From Macrostomum lignano (Eukaryota): DNA of 64,000 nt. The position numbers and the translations under genes are program-made. The notes under the pieces are model-generated. The model had not been told where the DNA came from. It searched no databases and worked only from the letters and a program-made list of their open reading frames with translations. The DNA is taken from positions 105,968 through 169,967 of the forward strand of contig NIVC01000721.1 of NCBI GenBank assembly GCA_002269645.1, in the 5' to 3' direction. Positions 11,350 through 23,945 of this stretch are shown piece after piece (position 1 is the stretch's first letter; the number at the start of each line of letters is the position of its first letter).

Positions 11350-12681
11350 CTCTAATGGACAAAGGAGTGGCTGTGCGAATGCATGCAGGTTTTCCAGCAG
11401 ACAACGGAGTTGGAATTGATGGTGGCAGATGCTGGAAATTGACTTGGACATTGCCAATATAAGCATTGGAGCCATTTGCAAGATGGGATTGCGAGTGTGC
11501 AGTTTGCATTTTACTGAAAATGAGTACAACTATCCTTCTTTGCAATATGAAGATACAACATGTTTGCGGATGAATGCCATTCCAGACAGGGAGCTGCTCT
11601 ACCCCGCCTCATTCCTCATTTAGGTGTTTGCAGTCATGCTTGGGCGCAACCTTGGGATTCACCCGGCCATTTCTATTGGCAAAACACGCATGTAAGTCAC
11701 TATTGGCTGAGAGCAGTCACGTGACTATTGTTCTGTCCAATAGCGACTTACATGCGTGTGTTGCCAATAGAAACGGCTGAGTGAATCCCAAAGTTGCGCA
11801 TGTATGTTTGCAGTGACAAAGAAGCTGACAATGTGAGCTGCAGCCATTCATGTTTCAATACTACTAATGATGAGCCACCACAGGCTGGAAAGCAGCAGGC
11901 AATATGAATGGCCAACAGCTTAGCTAAGGTCATGCCAAACAACGAAGCAATAACAGCATTGCTCAGCTGCGCAGCACAACAGTTTTAATGAACAACTAGA
12001 ACTCAGCTCCTTCGTCAGTGCCCTGTGGTCCGTGGCTGCCAGTGGCTTGACTTGATATCCCGCAACTGCGAAGATAACAACTGCAATGCTGCCATCATAG
12101 CAGCCTGCACCACCACTGGTTCTAGAGACTGTGTAACTACCAATACCAAAGTAAGTCTACTGAACTCAAGTAGTGTTGCACGCCAGGCACCATTGCAGCA
12201 GCAGCTTCACAAAAAGCTAGACTCCTTGCAGAATACCAGTGCAGCAATGCCTCGCTGGAAGCTGCTGAGTACGAGTACATTGGTGGGTATGTTCTAAAGC
12301 AAAGCCAAGTTCTTCACTGTCAGCTATGCAACTCTGCTTATAACATCTGCACCTGCAAGGGTTCATATCCAGCACAAGACCTACTTGCATGTATCTTGTG
12401 GGTTTACTACACCCTCGCCGGTGGCGCTTGTTGCATTTTTGAAGATAGAAGCTGAGTTTTCAACCCTGAGACCCAACTTCATAATCCAACCATGTGTGGC
12501 AGCTTGGTTTGTATACCACGTTCAGACACAATTAATAGCACTACCTATCTGTGAGCTGCATTGCACGCGGGTACTCAATCAAGTTCTTAGAACTTTGCTC
12601 ACCTACCATAGGTGCCATCAGGAAATGAAGAATATAGGTGCAGTGGCTCAGAAAAAAGACTGCGCAAAATTAGTAAGCTAA
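11350..12681 (+). pseudogene. THAP-domain (P-element-like) transposase relic: THAP at about 11350-11600 and a possible C-terminal piece at about 12300-12681
   Basis: SGCANACRF...WN*WWQML...RVCSLHF...LRMNAIPD follows the THAP C2CH pattern across one in-frame TGA. The VSCGFTTPSP...CELHC segment is a weaker match to P-type C-termini. Confidence 0.5.
11644..11799. mobile_element. 156-bp near-perfect palindrome (MITE-like foldback)
   Basis: The GCGCAACC/TTTGGGATTCAC...CATGTAAGTC arms are mirrored around GTCACGTGAC at 11716-11725. Confidence 0.75.
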
Positions 12682-12756
12682 ACTGACTTTGTCTCACTAG
12701 TAGTATAACTCAAGAACTTTATATTATTTTTGTTGCATTACATAAAAAATACATTA

Positions 12757-13543
12757 GGCTCATTCCATATAAGATGGACATATTTGGAAAATAGAAAAAA
12801 GTCAATATTTTTGCTTGCCATTGCCTAATTAGCCTATTTTTTTTACCAAATGTTTATATTGTGCAATATATACAATCTAAGAATAAAGGAATGGTAAAAT
12901 GTTGGATTAGTATGTTATCAATTGGCAAAAAGTCATTTTTGTAAAAATTTGGACATTTTTCGAAGCAAAAGACATCATTAAGATTTTGTACCTTTTAAAA
13001 ACAAATAGAAAGCTTTTGAAGGTTGAAACAAACTATAGATAAAAGTATAGTACTTGCATCATCAGATAAAAGCATTGGTGACCAAATAATCTATTATATT
13101 TTTAATGTATTAGTACCTCAAAGTTACTGAATTGACAGAAAAAAATATGTTACGACCATAATGTTACAACCATAAGGCTGCCTTTTCTTTTGTATCTTTG
13201 TTGCCTTTTGAGTTTATATATTCTAATAAAAGAGTATGATTTCTAAAGATGTTCTTAGTCAAATTTTAAAAATGTATAGCAAAATATCAAAAATGAAAAA
13301 TGTTATAAGACTTTTACCTTTTAGTTTCTATATGTCAAAAATCCTGTCGTTACGACCATAAGTGTCATTTAAGGTTTAATAGCATCTATACTAATGATGA
13401 TATCTATATGAAACTCTATAAATATATTCTAGACAAAATAATCTTTCATTTAAAATATTGGTTTAGTATATTCTATTATTAGATTTCATTTTATAAGTAA
13501 AAATAACCTGTCATGTTACGACCATGCTTATATGGAATGAGCC
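12757..13543. mobile_element. Non-autonomous DNA transposon with 17-bp TIRs and a 4-bp ATTA TSD
   Basis: GGCTCATTCCATATAAG ... CTTATATGGAATGAGCC, with ATTA on both sides and an internal GTTACGACCAT motif repeated. Confidence 0.8.
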
Positions 13544-14117
13544 ATTATTGGATTATAAATTTTCTCTACTTTTTTCCTTTTTTGCAATCCAAGAAATATT
13601 GCTTGAATGTTTGTCAAAAGAATAAAAATAGAATCACTAAGTATACCAGAAGCAATTAAAGTTTGACTTATGATTGCATAGACAACGTCAATTATTTCTG
13701 TTTTCGTCTAATTATTCACAGCTAGCTGAATAAATAAATATTGAATTTTATGATCATACTACTATTAAACAGAGAGTAGTTTTGCTAAATATATTCAAGT
13801 AAACCATATATGGTATTTACTACTTAGTATCTGTGGCTATAACATTGAAGAGTTAAGCATTGTAGCCAATAAATTTAAGATTTTATTTCTATTTACTTGT
13901 TATTTGTTAACTTGGTAAAGACCATAGACATTTGGACTAGACCATAGACCTTTTTCAAGTTGCAAAATATTTAGAAATTTTGGTCATAGACTTTTTGACT
14001 TTTTGGTGTCAGTCCTATTACAACAAGTTTAGAAGCATAGAATTAGTGCTTAATCAGGCTTAGGTCTCTTAAAAGTAGTTTTTTATACTTAAAATAGTTT
14101 GTAGATTACTTTTCTAG

Positions 14118-14625
14118 GTACCTGTCCATTTTGGCGACACCCATTTCAGCAATAGGTCAATTTGGCGACAATTCTTAAATAGGATTTTGAATGCATTCTT
14201 ATCTCATAGCAACAAAAAATTTCAAAACCTACATAAATTTATAACCTTTGTTTAAATGTTGTTAAAACGAATTATAGTATAAAACTTTACATTAAACATT
14301 AAAAGCTTTGTTAAAACTATGTTAAAATTTTTAATATAAAACTTAATTAACATGTTGGACAGTATAAAACCTGGACACTGATGGACATTTAGACACCAAA
14401 AGTACAGTAAAACGAATGAATTACAATAAGAAATTAATGTTTTAAGAAACGACAAGAAAAAAGCTTGTAGAGAACTATGAGATATGAGATAAGATAAAAT
14501 TTTATGAGATAAGAAAACATTCAAAATCCTATTTAAGAATTGTTGCTGAAATAGTTGTCGCCAAATTGACCTGTTGCCAAAATGGGTGTTGCTAAAATGG
14601 TTTGTTGCCGAAATGGACTGGATTC
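14118..14625. mobile_element. TIR element A (MULE-like MITE) with imperfect TIRs of about 70-100 bp
   Basis: GTCCATTTTGGCGACA...TTAAATAGGATTTTGAATG is mirrored at 14519-14625; flanked by CTTTTCTAG on both sides. Confidence 0.7.
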
Positions 14626-14634
14626 CTTTTCTAG

Positions 14635-16774
14635 GGTACCCGATAAAATGCGGAATCCGCAACGGAATCGGAATGGAATAGTACGGTAAAACGCGGAATC
14701 CGCAGCGGAATAGTAAACTGCGGAACGAAGTGCGGATTCCGCATATTAAAGTAAAACGCGGAATGCGAAAATGAAAAAAGTAAAATGCAGAATGAAAACT
14801 AACTGAATTATACTTTTATTCATCAACATCAACATGTACTAAAGACTACAAATAGCTATCTAGCTACATGTATATATAGCTTAATTTATTTAGAAGCTGA
14901 TTTTTTGTAGTGTCAAATAAAGTTTCTATCATCGGAATGTATGTATATTAACAACATATTGTGCAGTTTTCGGAAATAAGTATACGCTAAAAATACAGAA
15001 ATAAATTTCTTTGCAAGAAATGTTTAAATATTCCATTTGCCTATCTTGCAAATGCATTCGGAAGTGTTACCATGATGCTCACTTGCGCTAGGCTTCTGCG
15101 CCAGTTTATCACAATATATCATGATATTAAAAAGTGCTTATGCATGGACCTGGCCTGATTTCCAAGTGCCAAAATGTGCTACAAGGGAACCTAACGTACA
15201 AGCAAAACCCTTTCCTGGACATCCTTTTTGATGCGACCAACTATTTCTAAATGTACTGTTTGATTGAATCTATGCATTAACTTTTCTGTGGACAAAGCCC
15301 ACGAGATTAAGTTCCGAAGAGGGTTTACAGGCGACAACAACCCGCTTTACGGGTGTGCGGGTAGAGCCTCTATGTGACTATGACCCGAAACAACAGCCCA
15401 GCAGTTGATTTGTGTCCTTAGAAGTAAGCACTATTTGCAGGCATAGATTAATAAAGTTAACAAAAAGGTTGCGATAAAAACAATGCCCATTTTTGTAATA
15501 GTTACTCCGGAACCCGATGTGCAACTATAAATATAAACGTATGCCCAGATTGATAATTTCCATACTATGACTTGACTTCGCGATTCAAACACTGCATCAA
15601 CATTACAATTCGGGGAGTCGAATTTCTTGGGTTTGTCCTCCAGTGGAGGAGTTCCACTCGTTATACCTAACTTTCTATTGCCTAGAGAAGTCACTATATA
15701 TGATTTATCTGATTCATACCCCCAAGCAGTGGTTAATTCGATAGAATAGAATGAAGGGATTGTTATGCAAGTGAGAAATCAAATAATTTTATACATTTTC
15801 TTATATTTACTAACAAAATAGAGCCCCAATAATAAATAATCAAGCACTTATTCGTTAGCGATTCGCTGTCCCGTCGCTGGCGAAAAGTCGCTGGCGAAAC
15901 TTCGCTAATGTTCCGCTGACGATTCGCCAATGCGACCGAGGTGGAAAAACTATGTTTTATGCTGCAGGAAGAAAAGTTCCAGACAAACACAGCTTTTTGA
16001 AACGTTCCATATGGGAAATGAAGAAAAAAAATGTCGCCACTACTTCGCTGTCTTGCTGACAATTCGCTTGCGATTCGCCGGCGATTTTCCCAGAGGGTAC
16101 TGACCTTCCATACTGATCTGACTGATCTGACTTTCCATGCTTCCTTGTACTATTTATTGCCTTTCTTGACACTAAAAACGTAAAAGCGTCTTGCAAATCG
16201 TAATTTTAGCTTCGCTAAAATCTATCTTGTCCTAAAGTTTCGGATATAATTTTTTTTTAGAAATGCACATTTAATGCTACGATTTTTTTTGACAGCAATA
16301 GGATGTAGGATGACTTCTCACCACATGTCAGCGGGCACTTTTGAAATACATTAAATATAAAAATTGTACGTAGTATGCACTTTCGCTTCCAGAGTATGAT
16401 TTTACCTTAAATAAGTTGCCAAAGCTCTATCTTCATTCCGAAAATTACTGTATCTTAACCATTCTGCTGAGGATTTTGCTAAGGGAAGATCAACAGATTT
16501 GATTTGAGTGTCATAGTGACAATGAAAAACAATTTGTTCAGCAAAAATGTACATAAATTTCAGATGTTTTTTTAAATATAAGGTGATGAATAAAAGTATA
16601 ATTCAGTTAGTTTTCATTCCGCATTTTACTTTTTTCATTTTCGCATTCCGCGTTTTACTTTAATATGCGGAATCCGCACTTCGTTCCGCAGTTTACCATT
16701 CCGCTGCGGATTCCGCGTTTTACCGTACTATTCCATTCCGATTCCGTTGCGGATTCCGCATTTTACCGGGTACC
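14635..16774. mobile_element. TIR element B (MULE-like) with about 190-bp TIRs and a 9-bp TSD CTTTTCTAG
   Basis: GGTACCCGATAAAATGCGGAATCCGC... is mirrored at 16585-16774; TSD at 14626-14634 and 16775-16783. Confidence 0.85.
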
Positions 16775-18413
16775 CTTTTCTAGAGTCAAAATAATTTAGC
16801 AAATGAAACTTGACAATTGCCTAAAAATAAAATATATTGATTATATAAAGGCCCTATTTGATTTTAAATATATTATAACATAGCATTTATAATTATAATT
16901 ATAATTATATTATATTATGTTTAAAATGAAAAAAATGGAATTGCAAATTAATAGTAAAAAGAATAGATATTATAAAGTCAAAGACTAAAAGAAGGTCAAT
17001 GTTATGGCCCTTTTGGTCTTAAAATTATATAGGCCTAATTATTTTATATTTTGTAGGCCTAAGCTAAGGCTATTGAAATTCAAAATGTTTATATAAAACT
17101 TAAAAGATGACATATTTATAAACTAAAAGTCATATCATGTATAAATATAAAAAACAAAGTAGAAACTATAGAACTAAAGAAAGTAAGGTACTAGGTAAGA
17201 TAACTTCTACTAGGCCCCATGTGGCCATGTAGAACAAGGCTTCCTTATTATTTTTGTCTATTTGCTATTCATCATTAGTTTAGGCAGTTAGGCTGTTAGG
17301 ATTCTACCAAGGCTAATGGCAATGCTAGGCCTGACAATGATGTTATGTTTTAGTCAGAAGTCGACTAGAGTCTAGGCCTCCCATGGCCCTAGCTAGAGGC
17401 TAGAGCCAGAGCCAAAGGCCAAAGCCAGTGCCAGACTCAGAGAAGTTATAACTTATAAGCTCATTAACTACTATGATAATTATACCGGTATTACAGTTTA
17501 CTTACATTTAAAACTAGGCCTAATCCCAAAATTCAATGCTTTATCACGTTTTATCATGCTTACCATCCATGCCTTTACATTCCTAAAAATCGACAATTCC
17601 TTCCCTTCTGTGCATTTCCGGTTATCGCATGCTGCTGAGTGCTGTGCACTACTGTGCGGGGAAAAGTTTAAAAATAGAATCTTCAGTTAGCAGAATAGTG
17701 AAACTCTTTGCAAAAAATAATTTAGAATTAAAGTTTTTGTGAATTTTATAACGCATTTGTACACAATGCAAAAGACATTTTAAAAAGTTGCGTTAAAACT
17801 ATTGAAGACAGTGAGATAAAATTCAAACACAAATATGAGTCAATGCTTCCAGGAAAGCAAAACAGTTCCATTAGAATAAGAAGACTTGCAATGTTACAAT
17901 GTATTTAATAATCAGTCGGTAAAAGATTCGGAATGATATTTAGACTCTTGCAATGTATTTAATAATCAGTCGGAATTAGAGTCAGAATGATATTTAGACT
18001 CTTGCAATGTATTCAATTTAATCAGTCGCTGGACAGTCGGAATAAGAATCGGAATATTCCGACCGTTATTCCGACTCGTAATTAGGGATTGCAATCCGGG
18101 ATCCCGAAATCCCGGAATTTGGGGTCCCGAATCCCGGCACTAACTTTTGTTATTATTTTTACAATAGTTTTGTAATATGAACATAATTGGGCCTATAACT
18201 AGGCCTAGTTTATCATACTGCGCTAATTTCTGTTAATCGCCTCATGTTGTGTGGCGCGGCGCCTTTTTAAACCCCACATCACAGCTTTAATGTGAAATTT
18301 ATTCCAATATAAATTTTGATATACATGATTTTCTTCTTTACTTTTAATTAGTACTTTTATACTACTTACTTGAATATGTCACAAGATAATGCTGTTTTTC
18401 ATGTACAAAAAAG

Positions 18414-20397
18414 GGGTGCACGACAATTGACTGCCACAATTTGACTGCAGTCAATTTGACTGCGAACAATTTGACTGCCAAGCAATTTGACTGCCGACAA
18501 AATGACTGTGAACAAAATGACTGCAGACAAAATGACTGTGGAAATTTGATTGCCAACAATATGACTGCGGCAATTTGACTGCCAACAATATCATACATGC
18601 GCAACCTCCGAAATTCGGTCGGCCATGCGACTTAGTTTTAACAAAAATGCGACGTAGTTTTTGGCCAAAAATGCGACTTAGATGTAAAAAAAACCCTAAA
18701 GCTAAATTAACGCAACTTTGGGTAAACGGCAGAAGTAACTATGACTGTCTTATTAACTCAAAATGCCTCGTCAGCTACTTAGTACTACTACTTCGTTATT
18801 TTTCGGGTGGCCGTTTTTGCGACTTCCTTGGTTGGCCGCCAAATCGGTCGGCCGGATCGGCCGACTCGGCCGACTGTTGCGCATGTATGAACAATATGAC
18901 TGCGGCAATTTGGCTGCTAGCAAAATGACTGCAGCAATTTGACTGCCGAGCAATTTGACTGACAGCGAAATGATTGCCAGAAAAATGATGCTCCTAAAGT
19001 TTAGCACTCTGTCAACCCTTTTAAGTCAATGCATGTAGTGAAATATTGTATTTGCAGAACAGAACACATAACTTTTATACAACAGGCTGTAACAGCTGTT
19101 GAAACCCGCGGATTTTGAACAGTGGGAAATGGGAATTCCAATCTTAGGAACTATTTTGCATATATTCTAAAATCTGAAGTTAAACTCAAGCAAAAACTTT
19201 TATTATTAGAGTTAAACATAACATATAGAATGGGCGCTTCCTCGCAGTTTAGGCTACTGGTTTTCTATTTGCTACTAAGGATTTTACTAGTGGATTATTA
19301 TCTGCTGTCCTGATTTGAGATTTGGTAGAATTGCTGCCACCAGGCTTCCTGTTTCCTAGCCCTATTATTGTAGAGCCAAAGGATTGACTCAGGAAAACTG
19401 AATTGTTTAACAAAAGTTTTATACTTCAAAAGAAAACAAAATAAAACAGCATGCAATGGCTGGTGCAAAATGTCAGGCATCGACTACCTGTAGGTGTACT
19501 GCTTCGGCATCAACTACCTCGACAGTTTTACTTTAAAATTTCTCAATATTCCCTGCCTCTTACCTTCCTAATTTCTGAGATCTGCCGCCAGCCAGCGGAA
19601 ATAAAACTAACTAACAAGTCTGTTCTCCCAAGCCCTAAACTGTTTTATACTTCTAGAGAATCCCAAAAACTAGCAATTTTCCCCCACTCTAATTACTTTC
19701 CCAAACCTAAACTACTGACAGTAGGCAAAAAAGCATATCTGCTTCGCTACTAACTCCCATTCCTAAATAATGCCCTACTACACATAGATTACATTCCTGT
19801 AAAATTAGGATTGGAGGCAAACTATTGATATTGTTGGCTGGCATGCGGCGCAGAATGTCAGAAAAACTCTGGCCTCTACTTCTGCCTCTCGATCCCTATG
19901 TTCCTTGCATCCTTTGAACCTTCTATCTTCTCTTCTGTTTTCTTACTTCTCTCTCGTCTCTTTTCTCTTGTCTCTGCTCTCTCATCTCCCCTCTCTCATC
20001 TGTCATCTTTACTCTCTTATATTGGTATGTTCTCTCACCTCTCTCCTCTGTACTCCTCTCTTTCCCCTCTTTTGACTCCTTTCTTTCCTTAGTCCTCTTC
20101 TTATTCCTCTTCTATATTCTCTCCCCTTTATTCACTTCTCTTGTCTCTCTGCACTTTGCTCTTTCCACTTTTATCTCTCATCTCTCTCTCTTCTTTTGCA
20201 TAACAAGAATGCACCTAGCAAGTTTTTCAAATTCATTTGTCAATATAAAGCTGTGCACAACTAGGCTAGGCTTTTGGTTTTGGTGTTTGGGGTTGCCAAC
20301 TTTGGGGTTTGGAGTCAAATAATAAAAGGAGAAGGTGATCAATGGAGCCCACAAGTTTAGGTGGCAAGCAAACTCATAAAACTCCATTGAGAGAGAG

Positions 20398-20440
<43 letters not shown>

Positions 20441-20801
20441 CAAACATTGAGGGACTGGGGGAGAGAGGAGGAGGGGTGGCCTCTTGTTTTCTATATTGTC
20501 GGCAGTCAATTGCTGCAGTCATTTTGCTGGCAGTCAAATTGCCGTAGTCATATTGTCGGCAGTCAAATTGCTGCAGTCATATTGTTGGCAGTCAAATTTC
20601 CGCAGTCATTTTGTCGGCAGTCATTTTGTTGGCAGTCATTTTGTTGGCAGTCAAATTGTCGGCAGTCATCTTGTCGGCAGTCATTTTGTCCATAGTCATT
20701 TTGTTTGCAGTCATTTTGTTGGCAGTCAAATTGCTCGGCAGTCAAATTGTCTGCAGTCAAATTGTGGCAGTCAAATTGTGGCAATCAATTGTCGTAGACC
20801 C
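18414..20801. mobile_element. MULE-like MITE with inverted subterminal arrays of (A)TTTGACTGC / GCAGTCAAAT
   Basis: Ends GGGTGCACGACAATTGA and TCAATTGTCGTAGACCC; flanks ACAAAAAAG and ACAAAAAAA (8/9 match). Confidence 0.65.
19226..19782 (-). mobile_element. Solo LTR related to the Gypsy LTRs at 52654 and 60459
   Basis: Shares ATGGGCG..TCCTCGC.GTT..GCTACTGG, GGATTATTATCTG, GCTGCCACCAGG and AATAATGCCCTACTACA with those LTRs; 4-bp TSD CATA on both sides. Confidence 0.85.
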
Positions 20802-22858
20802 ACAAAAAAATCATTAATCTATAGAACAATATAAAAAAATAGAAGCAAAAATTTGTTGAGCCCATATTTTTTTGCCTTAAAATTTCAACCGAAAAGCTTA
20901 AAAATATGTTTTTTTCTAATCCCAGGATCCCAGGATTGCAATCGCAAAAAACTGGGATTTTGCAACCCCTAGGGGCCTACTCATAATGCAGTTAAATTAC
21001 AAGTTGGACAAAGTTTATACCCAATGGCAATAGGCTAAATAGGGAAAAGCTAAAAAAATCTTCCATCTAGTCTTAAAAAAGCTTATCTATTGAGTTTTTT
21101 TAGACTAGTCCAAGAAAAGCTCATCTGTTTTTAAATATTAGTCAGTACTTTAATGTAGTCACCTACTGACCAATGGAAGTTTAAGAAATAATTGTCACAA
21201 GCCTTAGGCCTAGTGTATATGGCAAATAACAGCTAATTAATAAGTTTGCACTTGCCAATCTTAATGTGTCTTTTGTCTATGATGAGAAGCTGCTTCATCT
21301 ATTTAATTTAAAGGGAACTAAAATAAAAAGTTTTTTTAATTAAGCCTATTAATATATATTGCCAGGTTGCCCATTGGCAACTAGCCAAATTCTCAAAGAT
21401 AGGCCTAGATATTTCCAAGGCTATGTTTGAAAAGCAAAAATTTGTTCTTTTAACTCTAAGATTGTTATCTATGCTACAAACAATAACAAACTAATGTTCT
21501 AGGCCCCTTCACTATTTTATAATATCCCATCAATTTGTCACCAAGTTGTTGCAAGCCTAATTCCTTTGTTTATTGAGTCCTGCAGTTTCTTCACCAAAGT
21601 GTACTAGAAATCATTTATCCTATTCTAAAAATGTATTAAGCCTATTATTTCTAAAAAATCCTACTTTTATACTTACATGTACTTTATATGCTATGGGTTA
21701 TTGTTGGTACAAATTACCCTGGGTAGCTTCAGTGCCTGGGCAGCAAGACACTGCTGTATACTACTAAACTCTTAAACTATATAGTCCAAACATGGTGTTA
21801 CCAAGACTGAGGGGTTTCTAGCTTTTAGTACTGTCTTTCACGACTTAAAACTGCATCACACTTAGCTGCAACAGCCTGAATCTATTCCCTAGGAATCCTC
21901 CTTTCCTGGGTAATTCAACCTTTCCACTGGGTATTTCACCCCTTTTACTGGGTATTCCACCCCTTTACTGAGCAAAACGCTTGATTGGCAATCCCTGCTT
22001 ATAACTGTACTGGCAAAAATGCCCTTTTCTATCTAACGTGGTATTTTATCTCGAAATCCTGCTCAAATAACCAAATCAGCAAACCAAAGAAGTCTTGATT
22101 TCTAGGTAACTGAGTAATGAACCCGAAAGGTAAAAGAAATGTTCTATTTTGGCCTTGTATTTATAGTAGACAAAGTATTGTCCTATTGGTTCACATATCA
22201 TGCATTTAAACAATAGTTAACTAAAACAAAATTACTTTGCCTTTTTAAAACAAAATTTCTAAAACAAAAATATATGGTATTTGTTATTTGGCAGGAATTT
22301 AACTTTTAAGAATAATAATAATTTCATAGAATAAAATATAGGCCCTTCTACAGTTGGCTTCCCTGAATATTATTTTGTGAATTATTAAGTGAGCAAAATG
22401 ATACTAGTAGTGTATAATAATGGAAAAGACAACAGTACATAAGCATAAAAAAACTGAGCAATTTATTAATGGCACAAAGAATAATAAACGTGATTGCAAA
22501 GGAATATATAAACAATAGAAAAACTGAGTCACAAAGTACACCAAGCAACTATTTGCCAAAAAATAAGCAAAATGAAAATTGGGTATGCAAGTATTAGTTC
22601 AAAAAGTAAGCAAAATGCAATTTTTTCAAAAAAAAGATGCATAACAAGTAATTCACACAGGTAAGCAATTTATAAAAGTAAGTTCACAAAGAAATAAGTA
22701 CTTGTATAGAAAATTCACACAAATAAGCAATCTCACAAATTTTAGCAATTGCAAAAGTCCATACTAGCAATAGAGATTCTCAATTACGCTCCAGCTTGAA
22801 TTTGTCCAGCAGCTGGTCATGGTATGGCCAACCGATCTGGTCCACCATCCAACAAATT

Positions 22859-23842
22859 TCAATTTGCAGCAACAGACAATGGTATGTCTGTCCTGCCTGC
22901 ACCAGATTGTGCAGCGCGTACTGCACCGCTTGGCGCCACGCTGCGATTCGCAACTCCAAGTCGAACTGTTGCACTAGCAGGCATAATACCGGCTTGGCCT
23001 GCATGCACTGGCATTGGAGTGGGCCAGTCAGTGCATAAATAAGCCATTCGCATCAGGTGCCCCTTCAGCATCTTGATGAAATGCTTCAGCTGATCATGCT
23101 GTCCTCTTGGGATCCTGTCAAGGACAGCTGGAAAATTGGCTCCTAAGCTGAGGTCTACGGCCGATGTGGCGCTGGCTGACCCTCGTGCTGCTTCGTCTTG
23201 AGGCCATTGCTACTTCAAGATTGTAGACAGCACTGGTGGCGTTGGAGCTGCTGCCAACATTGTCACAGGCTGCCCGCCGTTTGCTGATGCTACTGCTACT
23301 GCTGGCCTTCGGCGGCCGGCTGCTGCTGCTGCCGGCGCTGGTTGTTGCCCTTGCCCGCCAGCTGCTGCCGACAGCCTTGGCTGAATTGGCTGGTACTGAC
23401 TGGCAAAGCAGATCGCGCTCTTGGCGCCCTGCAGCTGCCGCTTCATTATGGCCGAAATTACAGGCACTGGCCTGTTGGCTTGATTGCTAAGCAGCTGAGC
23501 TTGGGCCTTGGGGTCGTGCAGAACCAAAGGTTGACTCCCCAGAGCAGGCCGTTTAGCCAACTGAGCGCATTCTGCTTCCGTAGACGTCCACTTGATGACC
23601 ATGGACTTTAGCTGCCTAGCCGGGCAGTCTTCTTGGCATTCCACCATAGTCGGTGCCATCATGGTGTTGCTGTCTGACGTCGCTGTCATTGTCAATGCCA
23701 TCACGGCGTTGCTGTCTGACGTTACTGTTGTTGTCGGTGCACTCGCATTTGCTTCGATTTCTTCTACACTACCTACTTCAATGTCTGCTAGGATCTTATT
23801 GAGGATGTCATCCTCCGCCATGATGTCAATAGTGTCTTCCAT
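22859..23842 (-). pseudogene. Orphan intronless ORF of about 327 codons with one in-frame TAG at 23210; function unknown
   Basis: ORFs 23210..23842 and 22859..23071 are in one frame. It is a GC-rich island in AT-rich DNA with TATATAAA about 95 bp upstream. Confidence 0.4.
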
Positions 23843-23937
23843 TACAGAGATTACAGTCCAGCATGGTCAATCAAACCAGAATGGTTAATTAGCTGTCAAC
23901 ACGACTATAGTTGACTTCCTCTCGCCTTGAGTGTTTG

Positions 23938-23945
23938 TTTATATA
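23938..23945 (-). promoter_or_regulatory. Candidate TATA box for the orphan ORF
   Basis: CCTATATAAACA on the minus strand, with CCAAT-like boxes at about 24020-24115. Confidence 0.35.

Larger units (their letters stand above)
18083..20979. mobile_element. Probable hAT-type non-autonomous element hosting nested insertions
   Basis: TAGGGATTGCAA at the left and TTGCAACCCCTA(GGGGCCTA) at the right; GGGAT/ATCCC subterminal motifs; flanks CTCGTAAT and CTCATAAT (7/8 match). Confidence 0.5.

Noticed and set aside
15431-15694. Short ORF with a hydrophobic tail inside TIR element B
   Set aside because: TTG/GTG-type start, no recognisable domain, and a length compatible with chance.
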